A stretch of DNA of 64,000 nucleotides from Desulfatiglandales bacterium (GTDB taxonomy: Bacteria; Desulfobacterota; DSM-4660; Desulfatiglandales; HGW-15): positions 1-64,000 of the forward strand of contig CAXXJJ010000003.1 in assembly GCA_963667015.2 (NCBI GenBank), given 5' to 3'. Positions 59,021 to 64,000 of this stretch are shown here, piece by piece. Made by a program: the position numbers and the translations under genes. The notes under the pieces were generated by a model that had not been told where the DNA came from, did not search any database, and was given only the letters and a program-made list of their open reading frames with translations. Position 1 is the stretch's first letter. Each line of letters starts with the position of its first letter.

Positions 59021-60997
59021 TTAATATATCCACGAACATGCGGTTCTGGCTTTTATCCAGTATCCATTCCCCGGAGCCATTGTAGTAAGGTCACTGAATT
59101 CAGGATTTTGAGGATCGTAAACCTGCCATTTACCGCTGATGTAGGCCCAGACACTTGTTACGTTTTCAGCTATTGATGATATTGCATCAGCCATATCCAG
59201 TGCTCCGGATGAGGCGAACCCGACAAGGTTCCAGCCCTCTGAAATGTCTGTTGATTCGACAGGGGCAATCTCGGAAATAGAAAGCTCTGCATCTTCTCGC
59301 ATATTTACCCACAGCCCTTTTCCTGGCTCTACTTCCAGAAGGTCACTGGACTCGATGTCTGCAGGGTTATAAACTCTCCATGCTCCCTCATCAAATGACC
59401 ATATGCTGATAATCTTGTCCATAATCTGCCCGAATGCCTCTTCAATGGAAGTTGCTGTCTCGCTATTTGAGATGGAAACAAGGTTCCATCCGCTTCGGAC
59501 CGGGAGAACATGGGGTGAAGGTGTGACGTCTATAATGCATTCACTTGATGATTTCAGTCCTCCATCATCGGTTATAACCAGCTTAAAGATGAGTATTTCG
59601 CCCTGGGAATCGACAGGTGGTGCGGTAAATGAGGGGTTTACTGCTGCCGGATCATCCAGTATAACGATTGTTCCCCCGGTCTGGGTCCATCTGTATGATA
59701 GTATATCTCCGTCATAATCAACAGAGGCCGATCCATCCAGGGCAACGGTTTCTCCTGCGGTTACATTTTGATCCTCGCCGGCATCTGCAAGAGGAGGATT
59801 GTTGACCCATACTACATTTACAATACATGAGTCAGTGCCTTTCAACCCCTGATCATCGGTTACAGTCAATTCAAATATTAATGCTTCGCCTTCCGGATTA
59901 ACCAGTGGAGAGGTAAATGAGGGCTGCGGGGTTAAAGGATTATCGAGCTCTACAATGATTCCGCCTGTCTGAACCCAGCGGTACGATGCTATGCTTCCAT
60001 CGGCGTCAAGAGAACCGGAACCGTTTAACGCTACCTGCATGCCTTCTTCAACGTTCTGATCCGACCCTGCAATGGCCACCGGAGGATCGTTTACCCATAC
60101 GATGTTTACAATACATGTGTCTGTACTTTTTAATCCCTGATCATCGGTTACAGTCAATTCAAATGTTAATGCCTCACCTTCCGGGCTAACCAGTGGAGAG
60201 GTAAATGTTGCCAGCATTGTAGCGGCATTCTCAAGTTCTACCGTGGTTCCACCTGTCTGAACCCATCGGTATGATGCTATGCTTCCATCGACATCTATAG
60301 AACCGGAACCGTTTAACACGACCTGCATGCCTTCTTCAACGTTCTGATCCGCCCCTGCACTGGCAGTCGGAGGTTCGTTTACGAAAACAACATTTATGAT
60401 ACAGGTATCGGTATCTGTCAGGCCGTCAGAATCTGTGACGGTTAACACAAAGGTAAGGGACTCACTCTCAGTAATTGAAGGGGCTGTAAATACCGGTTGT
60501 GCAGATGAGGGATCATCCAGAGTGACCGATGTGCCAGCTGTCTGAGCCCACTGCCACTGGGTAATACTGCCGTCAGGATCACTGGACCCTGATCCGTCAA
60601 GGGTAACCGTTTCTCCCTCATACACACTCTGGTCTGGACCGGCGTGTGCATCAGGTGGGGCTGATGATACTTCACCGGTGCTGACTTCATTGGAGTAATC
60701 ACTTTCAAGTCCTGCTTCATCAACCGCGGTTACTGCAAAAAAATAGACCTGATTATCATCTGGAATTTCAACAGAATATTCTGTAGCTAGACCGATATCG
60801 CCGCTGTTGTAGGAATAATCTCCAGAAGAAATACCCCAGTAAACTACATAATGACTTAAATCCGGTTCACTGTTCGGGTCCCAGGTAAGGGTAACATTGC
60901 GGGCATATGCAGATATGCTGAAAATCGATAATATGGCTGTATAAAAAAGAATACGTTTAAATCCGGGCAAAAAACTGGAATTGGTTAATGCTGGCAT
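59021..60997 (-). CDS. Exported surface protein: FN3, four PKD/Ig-like repeats, two GWNL repeats
   Basis: VTLTWDPNSEPDL...ESDYSNEV; four repeats of PP.A.AG.DQ.V.EG..V.L.GSGS.D.DG.I..Y.W.QT.G; GWNLV...PGKG.W twice. Confidence 0.88.
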   Translation of the reverse strand: MPALTNSSFLPGFKRILFYTAILSIFSISAYARNVTLTWDPNSEPDLSHYVVYWGISSGDYSYNSGDIGLATEYSVEIPDDNQVYFFAVTAVDEAGLESDYSNEVSTGEVSSAPPDAHAGPDQSVYEGETVTLDGSGSSDPDGSITQWQWAQTAGTSVTLDDPSSAQPVFTAPSITESESLTFVLTVTDSDGLTDTDTCIINVVFVNEPPTASAGADQNVEEGMQVVLNGSGSIDVDGSIASYRWVQTGGTTVELENAATMLATFTSPLVSPEGEALTFELTVTDDQGLKSTDTCIVNIVWVNDPPVAIAGSDQNVEEGMQVALNGSGSLDADGSIASYRWVQTGGIIVELDNPLTPQPSFTSPLVNPEGEALIFELTVTDDQGLKGTDSCIVNVVWVNNPPLADAGEDQNVTAGETVALDGSASVDYDGDILSYRWTQTGGTIVILDDPAAVNPSFTAPPVDSQGEILIFKLVITDDGGLKSSSECIIDVTPSPHVLPVRSGWNLVSISNSETATSIEEAFGQIMDKIISIWSFDEGAWRVYNPADIESSDLLEVEPGKGLWVNMREDAELSISEIAPVESTDISEGWNLVGFASSGALDMADAISSIAENVTSVWAYISGKWQVYDPQNPEFSDLTTMAPGNGYWIKARTACSWIY

Positions 60998-61044
60998 AAA
61001 AAAACACCTTCCTTTGCTGCTGTTAAACGCGGACCAGCACTTGG

Positions 61045-61157
61045 GTCGGTGCTTCTCCGCCGGCAATCTTTGAATTCAAATATCGAATCAGTACTTGAGA
61101 ACTAAGATCAACGGCGTTTCTACTTCACGCTCTTTCGAACGTTTTGCCTTTATCAAG
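61045..61157 (-). ncRNA. Possible (degenerate) c-di-GMP-I / GEMM riboswitch
   Basis: Minus strand AAAGGCAAA-ACGTTC-GAAA-GAGCGT, then a second stem (CGCCG..GATCTT / AAGATT..CGGCG); the GACGCAAA junction is altered. Confidence 0.5.
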
Positions 61158-61211
61158 AGGTAAAACAAAAAAACAGTTAGTACTTAAATCGAACACTGTC
61201 TCAGAATTTAA

Positions 61212-61226
61212 GCAATATCAGTGCCA
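61212..61226 (-). promoter_or_regulatory. sigma54 -24/-12 promoter
   Basis: TGGCAC-TGATA-TTGC, exact consensus, facing the surface-protein gene. Confidence 0.75.
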
Positions 61227-61467
61227 AAATATCTAAAAAAATATTTACCCCAGCTACCTGTTGATTTTGTTAGCTTTTTTTAATATTGCCCTTTTAAAGG
61301 AGGAACCTGTGGTTGGGAAATTAAAAATTAAAGTTATCTAAAAAAATACAGTGTAGTCAAATAAATAACGTAAAGACCTTTATGAAACGTCAAATAAAAA
61401 ACATCATGGGGTAATATTGACGTTTTATGGGCGGTATTTTTTTATCTATCAGGATATAATGAGCTGG

Positions 61468-61698
61468 TTATTTTCGTTTGAGGGGTTTAAAAAGATATTC
61501 AAGTCCGTTGACTTTAATCTCATATACGCTTCTTAACATATCTCCCAGGTCACCGGTCGGAAAGCCTTTTCCAGCAAACCATACAAGATAAGGTTCGGGA
61601 AGATCGATCAGCGATCTTCCCTGATATTTTCCAAAGGGCATTTTTGTTTTTACCAGTTTTATCAGGTATTGGGGATTTGGCGTGACGTCTTCGGCCAT
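61468..61698 (-). CDS. DUF3820-family small protein
   Basis: MPFGKYQGR.LIDLPEPYLVWF..KGFP.G.LG......EIK.NGL. Confidence 0.85.
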   Translation of the reverse strand: MAEDVTPNPQYLIKLVKTKMPFGKYQGRSLIDLPEPYLVWFAGKGFPTGDLGDMLRSVYEIKVNGLEYLFKPLKRK

Positions 61699-61706
61699 GT
61701 ATAAAA

Positions 61707-63395
61707 TCAGCTCCTCGTAAGCTGGCGGTATTTGATCCTGTGCGGGTTAGCTGCAGCCTCACCAAGTCTGGCCTTTTTGTCCTTTTCGTATTCGGTGTAA
61801 TTACCGTCAAACCACACTGCCTTGCTGTCACCTTCAAATGCAAGGATGTGTGTTGCAATCCTGTCAAGAAACCACCTGTCATGGCTTATTATGATTGCAC
61901 ATCCGCCGAAGTTTTCTATGGCCTCTTCAAGCGCCCTCAGTGTATTCACGTCCAGGTCGTTTGTAGGTTCGTCAAGGAGCAGCACATTGCCGCCTTCCTT
62001 GAGCATCCTTGCCAGATGAACACGGTTTCTTTCTCCACCCGAAATATTGCCCACCTTTTTCTGCTGATCACTTCCAGAAAAATTAAACCTTGCAACATAG
62101 GCCCTGGAGTTTACCTCCCTGTCACCAAGTTCGATAGTGTCGTGGCCTTCGGAAATTGTCTCCCATATGGATTTATCAGGGGAGAGTATGTCCCTGCTCT
62201 GGTCCACATAGGCCAGTTTTACTGTATCGCCTATTTTGAATTCTCCCGATGTAACCTGCTCCTGCCCGGTTATCATCTTGAAGAGCGTGGTTTTACCTGC
62301 GCCGTTAGGCCCAATTACGCCTACAATGGCTCCTGAAGGTACTGAGAATGAAAGATCACCGATAAGCAGCCTGTCATCATAGGCCTTGCTTATGTTTTTA
62401 GCTTCAATAACAACATTGCCCAGCCTTGGTCCGGGCGGAATGTATATCTCAAGTTCTCTTTCCTTTTCCTTAGTCTCCTGGCTCATCAGGCTTTCATAGG
62501 CGCTTATACGTGCCTTTGCCTTGGCATGCCTACCCTTGGGAGACATCCTGATCCATTCAAGCTCTCTTTCGAGCGTCTTTCTTCTCTTGCTCTCTCCCTT
62601 TTCTTCAAGCGAGAGCCTTTTCTGCTTCTGTTCAAGCCATGAGGAGTAGTTGCCTTTCCACGGGATGCCTTCTCCCCGGTCCAGTTCGAGTATCCATCCC
62701 GCAACATTGTCCAGAAAATACCTGTCATGGGTTACGGCAATTACTGTTCCTTCATACCTCTGAAGGTGCTGTTCCAGCCATGCAACGGTTTCTGCATCAA
62801 GATGGTTGGTGGGCTCATCAAGGAGAAGGATATCGGGTTTTTTAAGAAGAAGCCTGCACAGTGCAACTCGGCGTCTTTCACCGCCCGAGAGCACATTAAC
62901 CGGCGTGTCTCCTTCGGGACAGCGCAGGGCATCCATTGCCATTTCAAGCCGTGAATCAATATCCCAGGCATCAAGGGCGTCTATCTTTTCCTGCACCTCA
63001 CCCTGTCTTTCTATAAGACTGTTCATCTCGTCATCGGACATGGGTTCTGCGAATTTCTCGTTTATTTCGTTAAATTCCTTTAAAAGGTCAACAGCCTCCT
63101 GGAGTCCTTCCTCCACAATCTGTCTTACCGTCTTTGAATCGTCAAGTTTCGGTTCCTGCTCGAGCAGTCCTACAGTAAGACCCGGAGACATACTCGTTTC
63201 ACCGTTAAACTCCTTGTCGACCCCTGCAAAGATCCTCAGGAGCGTACTTTTTCCGGACCCGTTCAGGCCCAGCACACCTATTTTTGCACCGTAAAAATAT
63301 GAAATGGAGATATCCTTTATGACCGGTTTTTTGTCATAAAACTTGCTCACCTTCATCATTGAATAGATGATTTTGTTTGGTTCCTGCTGGCTCAT
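61707..63395 (-). CDS. ettA: Energy-dependent translational throttle ABC-F protein
   Basis: GAKIGVLGLNGSGKST, LSGGERRRVALCRLLL, ELEWIRMSPKGR.AK, two ABC domains. Confidence 0.96.
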   Translation of the reverse strand: MSQQEPNKIIYSMMKVSKFYDKKPVIKDISISYFYGAKIGVLGLNGSGKSTLLRIFAGVDKEFNGETSMSPGLTVGLLEQEPKLDDSKTVRQIVEEGLQEAVDLLKEFNEINEKFAEPMSDDEMNSLIERQGEVQEKIDALDAWDIDSRLEMAMDALRCPEGDTPVNVLSGGERRRVALCRLLLKKPDILLLDEPTNHLDAETVAWLEQHLQRYEGTVIAVTHDRYFLDNVAGWILELDRGEGIPWKGNYSSWLEQKQKRLSLEEKGESKRRKTLERELEWIRMSPKGRHAKAKARISAYESLMSQETKEKERELEIYIPPGPRLGNVVIEAKNISKAYDDRLLIGDLSFSVPSGAIVGVIGPNGAGKTTLFKMITGQEQVTSGEFKIGDTVKLAYVDQSRDILSPDKSIWETISEGHDTIELGDREVNSRAYVARFNFSGSDQQKKVGNISGGERNRVHLARMLKEGGNVLLLDEPTNDLDVNTLRALEEAIENFGGCAIIISHDRWFLDRIATHILAFEGDSKAVWFDGNYTEYEKDKKARLGEAAANPHRIKYRQLTRS

Positions 63396-63399
63396 ATAA

Positions 63400-64000
63400 T
63401 TATATATCCTCCTTCGCCAGTTCTCTGGATTCCTTGATATCCAGATAATTTTTATATATTACATAATACTTGTTTATATTGCTCACATATTTGACAGGTT
63501 CCTGGCCAATATATTTAAGCACTGCAACCTCGACATTCCTGAACCACTGGTTGGGGTCAAGGTTCATGGCCTTTGCCTTCCTTCTTGCCCTGTTAATTTT
63601 AGCAGGACCTGCGTTATATGCTGCCAGAGAAAATCGTACCCTGTCTTTCTCACTGATGTTATCGTCTGAGTAGTACCTTGTTCGTATAAAATCAAGATAT
63701 TTCACTGCAGCGTGAATATTATTTTCAACAACTATGACATCTTTGATTCCGACCTTGGGATCATCTGCCGTGGAGGGCTTTATCTGCATCAGGCCTACTG
63801 CACCCTTATCACTCTTTTTATCTTGATTTAGCCCGGATTCCTGAAATGCCATGGATAGAATAAGTTTCCAGTCAAAACCATATTTATATGAATACTTCTG
63901 AATCAGGGGTTTATATTCTGCCGCCCTTTGTTCAAGTTTGCCCTTCAGGGGGTTTTTTATCCATTTCATATTTTCGTAATAACGGGCAAAAAACAAATTA
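63400..64000 (-). CDS. MltF-like lytic transglycosylase, 3' part
   Basis: AFQESG, GAVGLMQI, NIHAAVKYL, LAAYNAGP; open at the window edge. Confidence 0.85.
   Translation of the reverse strand, partial: NLFFARYYENMKWIKNPLKGKLEQRAAEYKPLIQKYSYKYGFDWKLILSMAFQESGLNQDKKSDKGAVGLMQIKPSTADDPKVGIKDVIVVENNIHAAVKYLDFIRTRYYSDDNISEKDRVRFSLAAYNAGPAKINRARRKAKAMNLDPNQWFRNVEVAVLKYIGQEPVKYVSNINKYYVIYKNYLDIKESRELAKEDI

Noticed and set aside
59530..60660. DNA-level tandem repeats of about 290 bp
   Set aside because: Explained by duplicated PKD/Ig-like protein domains.

Overview
Bacterial chromosomal DNA. Gene content and style (split glutamate synthase, MvhD/MetVF, PAS-rich kinases, short intergenic palindromes) suggest an anaerobic Desulfobacterota/deltaproteobacterium; this is inference. 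Bases 1 to ~24,765 are an AT-rich, decaying accessory region. It holds an IS66 end, integron-type cassettes with attC sites but no integrase, an 840-bp mini-IS21 with target duplication, and a 4.4-kb five-gene RIT element splitting a PAS-MCP gene. It also holds a frameshifted PAS hybrid kinase, IS200 and IS91 remnants, esterases, and island-end signatures resembling tRNA-Pro and tRNA-Phe att cores. The standout is a small module at 18.2-19.2 kb: a coiled-coil/winged-helix gene directly followed by an intact serine-type tRNA carrying an isoleucine UAU anticodon, then a 36-aa ORF, with a consensus promoter pointing antisense into the tRNA. This is a candidate regulated Ile-to-Ser mistranslation or toxin system. 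From 25 kb on the DNA is mostly core: a cytoplasmic molybdopterin enzyme cluster, aspS fused to gatC followed by gatA and gatB, and an mvhD-metV-metF-split glutamate synthase operon behind an ANTAR-type leader. Further on lie PII, carAB, purF, several exported proteins, an enolase-superfamily enzyme, a PKD-repeat surface protein behind a sigma54 promoter and a possible c-di-GMP riboswitch, ettA and a partial lytic transglycosylase. All calls come from reading the sequence; no searches were run.
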